Assembly (NCBI GenBank): GCA_964356915.1
Contig: CAYHJF010000001.1
Span: forward strand, 215,011 to 279,010
DNA from: an uncultured Candidatus Saccharibacteria bacterium
Lineage (GTDB): Bacteria; Patescibacteriota; Minisyncoccia; Ryanbacterales; GWA2-47-10b
Direction: 5' to 3'
DNA length: 64,000 nucleotides
A program made the translations under genes and the position numbers. Below the pieces are notes generated by a model, which had not been told where the DNA came from, made no database searches, and saw nothing but the letters and a program-made list of their open reading frames with translations. Position 1 is the first letter of the stretch; each line of letters opens with the position of its first letter. Below are positions 38,238 to 47,230 of the stretch, in pieces.

Positions 38238-39401
38238 TTATCGAAGTGATGCTGTTTGAGCGCGCTGCATATCAAGGTATTGAACGGCAGCCTCTAGGGC
38301 TGTATCCAGTACACCGGGGATATATCGTTGCGCTGGGTTTGTTTCAGTCACATGAAGGTCTGGTGTAACGCCTATTTTATTGATGTTACCGCCCGTCGGA
38401 CCAAAATATTTTTGTCGGGGGATAGAGAGCTCTAGGCCATCGAGGTTATCGAGTTCATATGTGCTCATTGTTGTTCCGAGGCCAAGTGTCGGGCCTTCTC
38501 CAATGACAAGAGCACGTTTACTTTCTTTTAGAATTTGAGAAGCCATCTCACCAGCAGAAGCCGTTTCCGTATTGATGAGAACGACGACCGGTACGCTCGG
38601 CTTGTGCACGGGGCATTCGAAACTTTCATATATATTTGCGCTTTCAAATGCAGATCCGATGCGCATGATTGGAAGATTTGGGGTTAAAACATAGCTTATG
38701 AGCCGTAGAGCATACTGCCACGATCCGCCCGTATTTGAGCGAAGATCAAAGATTACTCCGTCGGCGTGATCAATGTGAGGCATCACAAACTTGAGGAACG
38801 GGGCGATCTGTTCGTCAAAATTCGCGACGAACACATACGCGTATTGTCCTATATAGTGAAGTTCATACGGTGGGAGTTGAGAAAACCTCCTTTTAGTTAC
38901 AGAGAGTTCTTGTAGGGTTTTTCCTCTGAGTACGCTGAATTGAGCCATCTCAAATTCATCGAAGTACGTACTTATTTCTTGAAGTGAATGATTCCCAAGT
39001 CCAATTCCGTTAATTGCCACAACTTCATCTGTGCGTCGAAGCCCAGCATTCCACATAGGAGAGCCATAGTCGACTCGCACAATGAAGATTCGTCCGGAGC
39101 GTACTCGATACTCAAATCCGAAGTATGCGTGCCGTCTTGGCTGATTGGCGTGCGGTTTTACAAGAGACGCATGTCCATCCAGCGCCTGAAGCCCGTTGTT
39201 GAGTGTATCGATAGTCCATCGTTCTAAGTCTATCGGTTCATGATACTCTGTAGCGAGTTTTTCAATGACGTTATGAAATATGTGTTCGGCACGATTACGT
39301 CGTGCTGTATCAAGAAGACGGACGGTTTCCTTTTGTGACTGATGCGATATCAAGGTGCAGGATGAAAGTGCTAGGGCTATGAATATGAGGAGTATCCGCA
39401 T
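38238..39401 (-). CDS. S41 family C-terminal processing peptidase (lipoprotein)
   Basis: Lipoprotein signal LALSSC; DLRSNTGGS; NTETASAGE. Confidence 0.8.
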   Translation of the reverse strand: MRILLIFIALALSSCTLISHQSQKETVRLLDTARRNRAEHIFHNVIEKLATEYHEPIDLERWTIDTLNNGLQALDGHASLVKPHANQPRRHAYFGFEYRVRSGRIFIVRVDYGSPMWNAGLRRTDEVVAINGIGLGNHSLQEISTYFDEFEMAQFSVLRGKTLQELSVTKRRFSQLPPYELHYIGQYAYVFVANFDEQIAPFLKFVMPHIDHADGVIFDLRSNTGGSWQYALRLISYVLTPNLPIMRIGSAFESANIYESFECPVHKPSVPVVVLINTETASAGEMASQILKESKRALVIGEGPTLGLGTTMSTYELDNLDGLELSIPRQKYFGPTGGNINKIGVTPDLHVTETNPAQRYIPGVLDTALEAAVQYLDMQRAQTASLR

Positions 39402-39457
39402 AGGCCCTCCTTCTTGTAGTACTACTCTTTTCTTTCATTTCAAGCAACACTATACTT

Positions 39458-40174
39458 GTGAAGCACATGAATGATTTCCAGGTTCTATATGAAGATGAAG
39501 ATGTCGTGGTAATTTCAAAGCCTGCGGGTGTTGTCGTACATCGCGATGCACATCATATATCAGGGACAGTGGCAGACTGGTTTTTTGAGCAGCACCCAGA
39601 GGCACAATCCGTAGGAGAAAATCCTGATCGTCCGGGAGTTGTTCATCGGCTTGATAAAGATACGTCTGGCGCCTTGTTGTTATGCAAAAATCAAAAATCG
39701 TTTGAATATATGAAAAATCTTTTTCAGACGAGCGGCATACAGAAAACATATAAAGCACTTGTTGTTGGGATACCAATACAAGATCAAGGAGTGATCGATG
39801 AACCTATTGCTCGTTCGACAAAAAACTTTCAGAAACGTGTTGTTGGCGGGGAGCAGGGAAGATCTCGAGAAGCCATAACGGAATATATTACTACAGAAAA
39901 ATTTTCAAATTCTGGATACGCATTATTAGATGTATTGCCAAGGACAGGTCGTACACATCAAATTCGGTCACATTTTGCACACATTGGATTCCCGATTGCA
40001 TGTGATTATCTCTACGGAGGAAAGCGATATAAATGTCCCGTTGAGTCTGGACGACATATGCTCCACGCGTATTCGCTAGAGTGGACGTTGTTATCGGGGA
40101 AAAAGATTCAGGTCGTAGCTCCAATACCGCAGGACTTTGAAGACGTTCTCAAAATATTGCGTAAAAGTGGGTAA
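39458..40174 (+). CDS. RluA family pseudouridine synthase
   Basis: HRLDKDTSGALLL with a catalytic Asp. Confidence 0.85.
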   Translation: MKHMNDFQVLYEDEDVVVISKPAGVVVHRDAHHISGTVADWFFEQHPEAQSVGENPDRPGVVHRLDKDTSGALLLCKNQKSFEYMKNLFQTSGIQKTYKALVVGIPIQDQGVIDEPIARSTKNFQKRVVGGEQGRSREAITEYITTEKFSNSGYALLDVLPRTGRTHQIRSHFAHIGFPIACDYLYGGKRYKCPVESGRHMLHAYSLEWTLLSGKKIQVVAPIPQDFEDVLKILRKSG

Positions 40175-40193
40175 TATGATATAAAAGAACCTT

Positions 40194-40556
40194 ATGAAAG
40201 CAAGCGAAGTGGACGTAAAGCCTGGTGATACAATACGGGTTGTCCAGAAAGTAAAAGAAGGGGAAAAGACGAGACTTCAGACTTTTGAAGGTCTTGTGAT
40301 CGCCTGTAAGCATGGCAAAGAGGCTGGCGCGACCTTTACCGTGCGCAAGGTTTCGGCAGGTGTTGGCGTTGAGCGTATTTTCCCAATTCATTCTCCGAAT
40401 ATCGATAAGGTAGAGATTATGCGACGCGCAACTCGCGTTCGCCGAGCGAAGTTATATTACATCCGTGAGAAAGCAGCTCGCGAGACTCGCAAGAAGATGA
40501 AGCAAGTTCGTTTCGAAGCTCCGAAAGAAGTAAAAGAGGTAAAGCCAGAAGAATAG
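40194..40556 (+). CDS. rplS: 50S ribosomal protein L19
   Basis: [13 protein letters not shown]...FTVRK; 120 aa. Confidence 0.9.
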   Translation: MKASEVDVKPGDTIRVVQKVKEGEKTRLQTFEGLVIACKHGKEAGATFTVRKVSAGVGVERIFPIHSPNIDKVEIMRRATRVRRAKLYYIREKAARETRKKMKQVRFEAPKEVKEVKPEE

Positions 40557-40564
40557 TTTCATTC

Positions 40565-40591
40565 AAAATCCCCGCTTGAGCGGGGATTTTG
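40565..40591 (+). terminator. intrinsic terminator
   Basis: atccccgc-ttga-gcggggat followed by tttt. Confidence 0.75.
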
Positions 40592-40642
40592 CTAGATTGA
40601 AAAGTATTGTAAGTCAGGTATAATCGAAAAGCATTTAACTAT

Positions 40643-40729
40643 GCGTAGGTGGCGGAATTGGCATACGCGCTAGGTTGAGGGCCTAGTTCCAGCAATGGAT
40701 TGGGGGTTCGAGTCCCCCTCTACGCACCA
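40643..40729 (+). tRNA. tRNA-Leu (anticodon GAG), CCA encoded
   Basis: Acceptor GCGTAGG, anticodon stem CTAGG/CCTAG with loop TTGAGGG, long variable arm, T-arm GGGGG-TTCGAGT-CCCCC, 3' ACCA. Confidence 0.85.
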
Positions 40730-40813
40730 AGAGAGTAGAGAGATTCTCGTTCTTTTTTAGGGAATCATTGATAAAATTAATATCTAGAAGTAATTTTATT
40801 TTGTAGTTCAAAT

Positions 40814-41260
40814 ATGTTCGATTTCTTATCTAAGAAGTTTTCAAAGCCAGAATTTTTAACAGTTGTAGCAACCTTACTAACAATTCTTGGTACTAGTTTT
40901 TCCGTGATGGCTACTAGCAAATCGGAAAGTGTCTTTTTAAAACAACAAGAAGTTATCAAAAATATTGCCTTAAGTGCTCAGCAACAGTCAGTACTTAATT
41001 TTGACCAGTTTGATTATGTTGTGGTTAGATGCTCTCTAGTGACTTCAGAAGATTGCAGGCATGCCAGACAGTCTTTAAAAGAAGAAGTCAAAAGAGTGCA
41101 AAATTTATCCGAAGAAACAATTATGCAAATGGAGGCTTTTACGGGGGATTTGGAGAAAGAATCGAAAGGCGCGACTCGTTGGAATTTTTTCGCCCTAGCA
41201 ATGCTTACATTGGCAACGATTTTACAAACTTATGTTATGCGGATACTAATCAGTACTTAA
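40814..41260 (+). CDS. hypothetical protein encoded in low-GC islet downstream of tRNA-Leu
   Basis: 148-aa ORF with hydrophobic N- and C-terminal segments and ~33 % GC. Confidence 0.45.
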   Translation: MFDFLSKKFSKPEFLTVVATLLTILGTSFSVMATSKSESVFLKQQEVIKNIALSAQQQSVLNFDQFDYVVVRCSLVTSEDCRHARQSLKEEVKRVQNLSEETIMQMEAFTGDLEKESKGATRWNFFALAMLTLATILQTYVMRILIST

Positions 41261-41272
41261 TTTTGACCAGTT
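40988..41272 (+). repeat. two copies of a 23-bp exact direct repeat (40988-41010 and 41250-41272)
   Basis: tcagtacttaattttgaccagtt occurs twice, once inside the ORF and once overlapping its stop codon. Confidence 0.7.
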
Positions 41273-41320
41273 CACAGGTTTAATAGGTGGGTCCTGACTC
41301 AAATCACTTTTTATATAAAT

Positions 41321-41358
41321 AAAAAAGCGGCTTGGGATTATCACGCCGCTAGTTTTTG
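41321..41358. terminator. bidirectional intrinsic terminator
   Basis: aaaaaagcggc...gccgctagttttt. Confidence 0.6.
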
Positions 41359-41367
41359 CTTTAGATA

Positions 41368-41586
41368 TTAGTGAGTTTCGAGGGCGCGAGAAGGGTCTGT
41401 CTCACGAGCTGTCCTCATATATTCCTCAGTTCGATTTGTAATAGTGCGTAAGTCACTTACACTGATTCGTGTAAAGCCACCAACGTCAGCTCTGCTTGTG
41501 AAAAATCCTTCGCGATCAATATAGCCTACTGGCTTACTATTTACATCAACTCGCAGGCCACCTGCTGTTAGGGGGAATGTAACCAC
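41368..41586 (-). CDS. hypothetical 72-aa protein (GTG start)
   Basis: GGAGGA SD 4 nt upstream of GTG, terminator immediately downstream; no recognised motifs. Confidence 0.45.
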   Translation of the reverse strand: MVTFPLTAGGLRVDVNSKPVGYIDREGFFTSRADVGGFTRISVSDLRTITNRTEEYMRTARETDPSRALETH

Positions 41587-41707
41587 GAAGTCCTCCTAGG
41601 GAAACTAACAAGATGGTAGGTAGAATAGTATCTCGTGTCAATTCTTAGTTGAAATAAAAAAATCACCGCATACGGGTTGCGGCGATTTTTTTAGTTAGCC
41701 TTCAAGA

Positions 41708-42406
41708 CTAATTATTAGTACGGAAGGTGTTTGGCCATACCATACTCATATTGCCTACACTATCAACGCCTCGAACGAGGTAGTGATAGAGGGTGTTTGG
41801 CTGAAGGTTTGAAACTGTGACTGTGTGGTTTGTTTGTGAACCACCCGCATCGAGTGCAAGCGCTCCGCTTACGTATGGCTGTTGACGAGGTCCAGTTGCT
41901 TCGTCTGCACGAAGTGCCGTGGTATCCCAATATACTTGGCCTTGAGTAGGCTCGTTCGTTGTCCACGTAAATGTCGCGGTAGTGTTGGTGCGCTCAACTT
42001 GTGGAGTACTCAAGACGGGTACGGTGTCCCAAGAGACTTGGCTACCAGAGCCCATGAGAGCATTAATTCTTGCCATGGTTGTAGGTCCGACACGGCCATA
42101 ACCAGTAGTTTCAGGTGTTCCGCTCGAAACGATTCCCTGCGCAGCTTGGAATCTCTGTACTCCAGCTTGAGTAAGGGGGCCAAAAAATCCGGTGATAAGA
42201 CCTGATGGATAGATGCTCGCGTTCGTGGCGAGATATGTTTGAAGTTGAGTAACCTCAGATCCCGTTGCGCCAAGATCTAAATGGTTGGTTATCGCGGCGT
42301 AGGCAGTTTGAATCCCAAAAAATGAGATAAAGAGCGTTGCCGTTACCGTTCCTCCAGAGAGAAGAACTTTGCGCAACGCGCCTTGTAGTTTGATTGTATT
42401 ATTCAT
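41708..42406 (-). CDS. secreted protein with peptidoglycan-binding (PG_binding_1-like) and FN3-like domains
   Basis: Signal peptide. LGATGSEVTQLQTYLA...GFFGPLTQAGVQRFQ matches the PGBD pattern. The C-terminal half is beta-rich with TNHTVTVSNLQPNTLYHY. Confidence 0.65.
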   Translation of the reverse strand: MNNTIKLQGALRKVLLSGGTVTATLFISFFGIQTAYAAITNHLDLGATGSEVTQLQTYLATNASIYPSGLITGFFGPLTQAGVQRFQAAQGIVSSGTPETTGYGRVGPTTMARINALMGSGSQVSWDTVPVLSTPQVERTNTTATFTWTTNEPTQGQVYWDTTALRADEATGPRQQPYVSGALALDAGGSQTNHTVTVSNLQPNTLYHYLVRGVDSVGNMSMVWPNTFRTNN

Positions 42407-42617
42407 AATTATTTTTTTCTTTAGACGTTAAGTAGAGGTTCATAGTGTTGGTTGCATAATCGACCGCCTTATGTGTAACCTCTGCTACCTAAGCCGTCTG
42501 AAGGGTATGGGCATTACAGTCACTTTTTGTGTTTTTTGGCATTCTTCCATAGGAACCAAGTACGAAAAACTTTTTCGTACTTGGTTCGAGTGGCGCGCAA
42601 GATGAAAAATAATTCTT

Positions 42618-43199
42618 TTAGGATTTCTTTTTAAGTTCGTTAATTTCTCTTTGTAGGGTGGAGATATGTGTTTCCATGCGTTCCGCTTGTTGTGCCATTT
42701 TCGTTTCAAACTCATTTGTATGGTCAGCAAGTTTTTTAGCAACGGCCATCATTTCCGTGATATCTTCCATGGCAAGAAGTATGATAGGCGGAAATATTTC
42801 TGAAGCAGCATTTTCTTTAAAATAAATTCGCCGCGCGTTTAAGATCATGACTTTACGTCCAATAGAGGGGAATTCATGGGCAACTTCAAAACCTTTGAAG
42901 AATGTATTTTTTGGAAGGATATCCTCAAGAAGTTTTCGTAGGGCGGGAATATCCCATTGGCCATTTCCGAGCTCGTATACGATTTTGTGTTCGGTATCTT
43001 TCAGTTCAGCTTGAAAGGTTCGATAAAATGGTTCATTTGCTGCCATTACGCGGAAGTCTTTATCAAGAATTAAGACTGGTTCGCGTACGACATCTACCAC
43101 GGTTTTGATGTATGTCCAACTCTCTTCCCATAAGTGCTCAAAGAAATCGGCTCCGACGGATGTAGGAAGTTTTTCGTTACTGTTTTTATGTGAGTCCAT
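42618..43199 (-). CDS. standalone PAS-domain protein with C-terminal coiled coil
   Basis: REPVLILDKDFRVMAANEPFYRTFQ PAS core. Confidence 0.6.
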   Translation of the reverse strand: MDSHKNSNEKLPTSVGADFFEHLWEESWTYIKTVVDVVREPVLILDKDFRVMAANEPFYRTFQAELKDTEHKIVYELGNGQWDIPALRKLLEDILPKNTFFKGFEVAHEFPSIGRKVMILNARRIYFKENAASEIFPPIILLAMEDITEMMAVAKKLADHTNEFETKMAQQAERMETHISTLQREINELKKKS

Positions 43200-43280
43200 A
43201 ACAAAAAAGACGTACAGATAGTAAGCTTATTACAGCACACTAAGAAGATGAGTCTATAGATTTTTTGTTTTGAAAATGAT

Positions 43281-43532
43281 TTATACTTTTCGCAACATTT
43301 TTATAACAGCAATAAACACAACAGCTCCAATAAGTGCAACGATAAAACCATAAATATTGAAGCTGGTCATGCCACTTTGGCCAAAGAGGCTCATAAGCCA
43401 CCCGCCAATAACAGCACCTACAATACCAACGACGATATTTAATATCATGCCCTGCTGGGCATCAGTTTTCATAATAAGAGATGCAACCCAACCAACCAAT
43501 GCGCCGAAGATAATCCAAAGAATGATTCCCAT
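43281..43532 (-). CDS. GlsB/YeaQ/YmgE family stress-response membrane protein
   Basis: MGIILWIIFGALVGWVASLIM...GIVGAVIGGWL is a near-textbook family pattern. Confidence 0.88.
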   Translation of the reverse strand: MGIILWIIFGALVGWVASLIMKTDAQQGMILNIVVGIVGAVIGGWLMSLFGQSGMTSFNIYGFIVALIGAVVFIAVIKMLRKV

Positions 43533-43587
43533 AAGCTGTTTTAGTAAAGATCCAGTAATACGACGATAACTTTTATTTTTTTATTAG

Positions 43588-43947
43588 TTATACGTTCTCT
43601 TGTTTTTCGAGCTTTTTCGCTGCTTCAGGAGTTGATACCGTCTTGCTCATAACAAGAAGTTGGATGATTCCCGCAGCCACAAGCCAATAGACAGCCATTG
43701 CGAGTAACGTCGTCCACTCAAAGATGTTTCCCTGTACATTGGTAACTCGAAAGACGGCTAAGAAAGGTGAGACAAACGGTAAAGACATGCTATACACGAA
43801 GTTGGTAAACCCTGCCACGCGATTCGCTTCGAATAATTTGAGAAAAAATCGAAAAAAGAGTAAGACTTCAAGAATGACGAGAGCAGACCAGACGATCTGA
43901 CTCGCTCGAAATATTGGTTTTGTGCTCGGAGAGGTGTAAGAGTCCAT
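43588..43947 (-). CDS. hypothetical membrane protein (YggT-like?)
   Basis: 119 aa with 3 predicted TM helices. Confidence 0.45.
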   Translation of the reverse strand: MDSYTSPSTKPIFRASQIVWSALVILEVLLFFRFFLKLFEANRVAGFTNFVYSMSLPFVSPFLAVFRVTNVQGNIFEWTTLLAMAVYWLVAAGIIQLLVMSKTVSTPEAAKKLEKQENV

Positions 43948-44569
43948 ATAATTTTGAAAGCTAAATTTTTAATAGAATAGTTTGAGAGCAAGGTAAAAAT
44001 GACGGTCAAATGAGGAATGATAATCAAGGAAAGATAAAGTATAAGATTTGAGTGTCTTTTATATCCTCTGATTATCTAGTCCCAATATTCTTGCCGTTTG
44101 AGTGAGGGTGGTGTTACAAAGCTTTAAATATATTTTGAATAACAAGTCATATGTATAAACAATAAACACTCGTAGTCATTACGTACCAAGACGAGTGTTT
44201 ATTGCAGACCAATCATGTGCGATTTACGAATAGTATGTTATTTTCGTACTCTTATAGTTTTAGTTAGAAACCTAGAATTTTATATACATAAGTTAGTATT
44301 AGAAAAGCGTCGACCTTTCTAAAATTAAGGCCGTTGCGGACGATGTTTTATGACAACAATTTAGCAGAGTATTAATTATTGAGACTCAATCAAGATTTAC
44401 TTTTTTAGTTGCAGGCTGAGGCATAAGTTTTGTCTGTTTTATGAGCTAAAAGATTCTTGTATGGCATGAGCTGTAAGTGTGCTACGCTAAGGGTCCAAGC
44501 ACTCTTTTCTCTATTACAGCATTGCTGTAATACCTCTGTAATAGAATATCGTCAGGCTCGGCTTAACTT

Positions 44570-45160
44570 ATGATGACCCCAAAACAGGAGGTACAACGAA
44601 AGGCGATATTGGTTATGACGCACCATGATTATGGGAGAGCGCTCAATACGCATGCCTTTTTTAAGATACATGATCATACAGTAGGTGAAGATTTAGTTCA
44701 GGATACTTTCATAAAGACATGGATTTATCTTGTTCGGGGCGGGAAGATAGATACTATGAAAGCCTTTCTTTACCATGTTTTAAATAATCTTATCGTAGAT
44801 GAGTATCGAAAGCGTAAGACAACTTCGCTCGACGTTCTTCTTGAGAAGGGCTTTGAGCCAAGCGCCGATGATTCAGGGCGTCTCGTTAATATTTTGGATG
44901 GTAAGGCCGCAGTGCTTTTAATACAGCGTCTTCCCGCAAAATATCAAAAAGTAATGCAGATGCGATACGTACAAGATCTTTCATTGAAAGAGATGACGTT
45001 TATCACGGGGCAGACAAGAAATGCGATTGCGGTACAGGCACATCGAGGACTCGAGAAACTTAAATTGCTGTATAACGCCGGAGAAGTGGGGGGGGTGAAT
45101 GAAAGAAGAAGCATAGAAAATGTTTTCAATTTTTCGAAAAAAAAGTTCGATTTAGAATGA
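44570..45160 (+). CDS. ECF-subfamily RNA polymerase sigma factor
   Basis: Region 2 DLVQDTFIKTW and region 4 LPAKYQKVMQMRYVQDLSLKEMTFITGQTRNAIAV. Confidence 0.8.
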   Translation: MMTPKQEVQRKAILVMTHHDYGRALNTHAFFKIHDHTVGEDLVQDTFIKTWIYLVRGGKIDTMKAFLYHVLNNLIVDEYRKRKTTSLDVLLEKGFEPSADDSGRLVNILDGKAAVLLIQRLPAKYQKVMQMRYVQDLSLKEMTFITGQTRNAIAVQAHRGLEKLKLLYNAGEVGGVNERRSIENVFNFSKKKFDLE

Positions 45161-45199
45161 GGGCTTGATTTCATGGTTAATATATGGTATTCTTAAAGC

Positions 45200-45439
45200 G
45201 TGAAGAGCAAAAATAAAGAATATGAATTGAGCCAAGTTAAAACTTCGTTTATAGCCTTTTTAGAGTCGTATAATAAAAGTATCCCAACGAGTTTTCCTCA
45301 GGCTTCAGAAAGAGTGCTCCAAGAATTTAAGAAGGCTCACCCATCTCTTTTTAAATCCGGGAATGATGAACAGTGGTCTATAGAGGTTCATCGCAAGAGA
45401 TTGATGGACTGGCTTTCATCAAATCGCGAAATTGCCTAA
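45200..45439 (+). CDS. hypothetical small protein downstream of ECF sigma (candidate soluble anti-sigma partner)
   Basis: 79-aa ORF in anti-sigma position with no TM segment; the partner role is inferred only. Confidence 0.35.
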   Translation: MKSKNKEYELSQVKTSFIAFLESYNKSIPTSFPQASERVLQEFKKAHPSLFKSGNDEQWSIEVHRKRLMDWLSSNREIA

Positions 45440-45560
45440 ATAGTTTGCTCAAAAATAAAAAACAAAAAACCGTTGCTCAAGGCCACGGTTTTTTGTTTTT
45501 GTGATAGTACACGTATGGTGGGTAGAAAATAATGAAAATAAAAAACCCAGATAATATAAT

Positions 45561-46604
45561 CTAGGTTCTGATAGCGGGGTCGCTCGAGAGTGAAAGGCCG
45601 CGTGTATGTACGACGGCACGAACGAGACTTACAAGTTTGGCAAAATTTGCCGGCTTGAGAGATTGGCGTCCGTCTACGAGTGCCTGTGTTGGATCGGGAT
45701 GTACATCGACGATGATGCCGTCCGCGATTGTTGCAACTGCAACCGCGACTGGTATGACGAGTTCCCAGTAGCCAGTCCCATGCGATGGGTCAACAACAAT
45801 AGGAAGGTCAGTTAGTTGCCGTAGTCGAGCAAGTGAGCAAAGGCCGATATCATTTCGTACGTGTGTTGGGGACTCATATGTGCGAGTTCCGCGGAAGCAG
45901 AGAATGACATCTGGGTTTCCTTCAGCAAGGATATATTCTGCAGCCGATAGAAGCTCTTCGAGTGTTGATGAGAGTGCATTTTTCAGTAGTACAGGTTTTC
46001 GTCTTCTGCCAACTTCGCGTAATAGATCAAAGTTTTGCATATTACGCGCTCCGATTTGGAAGACATCGGTATAATCTCCAACAGTTTCCACGAGGTCTGG
46101 ATGCATAACCTCCGTTACCGATGGAATATCGAAGGTATCAGAAACGCGTTTAAGGTATTCCAAACCTTCTACGCCAAGGCCCTGAAAATCGTACGGCCGT
46201 GTGCGAGGTTTGTATGCTCCTCCGCGCAAAACATCTGCGCCTTCGCTGACTACAATCCCTGCAGTTTCATAGAGCTGATGGTATGATTCGATCGCGCATG
46301 GACCGGCAAAGATAGAAAAGACCCCTCCGCCGACAACATGATTTTTGATACGAACGGTTCGCGTGGACTTTCCTCGTCGAACTGTGAGCTTGTACGGAGT
46401 TGATACGGGGATGACGCTTGCAACACCGGGAAGTGTTGAGAAGTGTTCGCAGAGCCCTCCGCGCGCGTCACCGAGTACTCCAATGACGCAAATAATCGTT
46501 TCTTCGGGGCCGGATATAACATTTGGTTCCAAACTTCGATTTCGAATGTCGTCACATATACGCCGAATCACCGCCTCGTCGTTATTTATGAGCTTGATGA
46601 TCAT
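45561..46604 (-). CDS. aroF: 3-deoxy-7-phosphoheptulonate synthase, type I-beta with N-terminal ferredoxin-like regulatory domain
   Basis: DAHPS/KDO8PS TIM-barrel signatures GPCAIES, RGGAYKPRT and LLKNAL, plus an ~80-aa N-terminal extension. Confidence 0.75.
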   Translation of the reverse strand: MIIKLINNDEAVIRRICDDIRNRSLEPNVISGPEETIICVIGVLGDARGGLCEHFSTLPGVASVIPVSTPYKLTVRRGKSTRTVRIKNHVVGGGVFSIFAGPCAIESYHQLYETAGIVVSEGADVLRGGAYKPRTRPYDFQGLGVEGLEYLKRVSDTFDIPSVTEVMHPDLVETVGDYTDVFQIGARNMQNFDLLREVGRRRKPVLLKNALSSTLEELLSAAEYILAEGNPDVILCFRGTRTYESPTHVRNDIGLCSLARLRQLTDLPIVVDPSHGTGYWELVIPVAVAVATIADGIIVDVHPDPTQALVDGRQSLKPANFAKLVSLVRAVVHTRGLSLSSDPAIRT

Positions 46605-46743
46605 CTCACTTTTGCTCCTCTGGTCAAAGAAAAACTACCCAAACCCTAGCGATAGAATGGGTGGGTGTCAATGAGAGAGGTTCGATTGTTTTTCCTTAAA
46701 CTTTCGATATACTTGCGCCAGAGGTTGAGGAGGAGGCGGAGGA

Positions 46744-47046
46744 ATGTTTATTGGTCAATATGAAAATCGTGTAGATAAAAAGGGGCGAGTTGTATTTCCT
46801 GCGGCATTTCGAGAGCGTTGCAGGGGATCAGTCTTTCTTTGGTGGCATCGGAATGTACTAAAGATATATTGCGAGCTTCCAGTTATTACCTCAAAAGAAG
46901 CCCCATTTGTTATCGAGATTCAGATCGATAGTCAGGGGCGTATCTTACTCCCAGAGCGTCAAAGGAAATTTTTGGCTATAGAATTTGGCGATACGCTCAT
47001 ATTTTCGGGTAGACTAACTCATATTGAGGTTGCTAGGCAATCATAA
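46744..47046 (+). CDS. mraZ: short MraZ-family transcriptional regulator
   Basis: MFIGQYENRVDKKGRVVFP plus a second DxxGR repeat DSQGRILLP. Strong SD GAGGAGGAGG. Confidence 0.75.
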   Translation: MFIGQYENRVDKKGRVVFPAAFRERCRGSVFLWWHRNVLKIYCELPVITSKEAPFVIEIQIDSQGRILLPERQRKFLAIEFGDTLIFSGRLTHIEVARQS

Positions 47047-47071
47047 TCCCGCAAAAGCGGGGTTTTTATTT
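47046..47071 (+). terminator. intrinsic terminator
   Basis: cccgc-aaaa-gcggg followed by gtttttatttt. Confidence 0.7.
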
Positions 47072-47230
47072 TAAAAAAAACTAGCGTTGGTCGAGTTAAT
47101 TGCGGATATTTAAAGAATCTCCGAGCTTCTATATAAGGAAGAGATATGAACAAAAGCATTGGTTTAGCAGGTTTTTTCTATTGTGAGAGTGATATAATAG
47201 AAAGGCGTATTAAGCTTTAATAAAAATTAC

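Noticed and set aside
44000-44570. Possible protein-coding genes in the 620-bp AT-rich spacer.
   Set aside because: No ORF of 60 aa or more in any frame, and no SD-ATG pair seen by eye. The region is treated as non-coding or regulatory.
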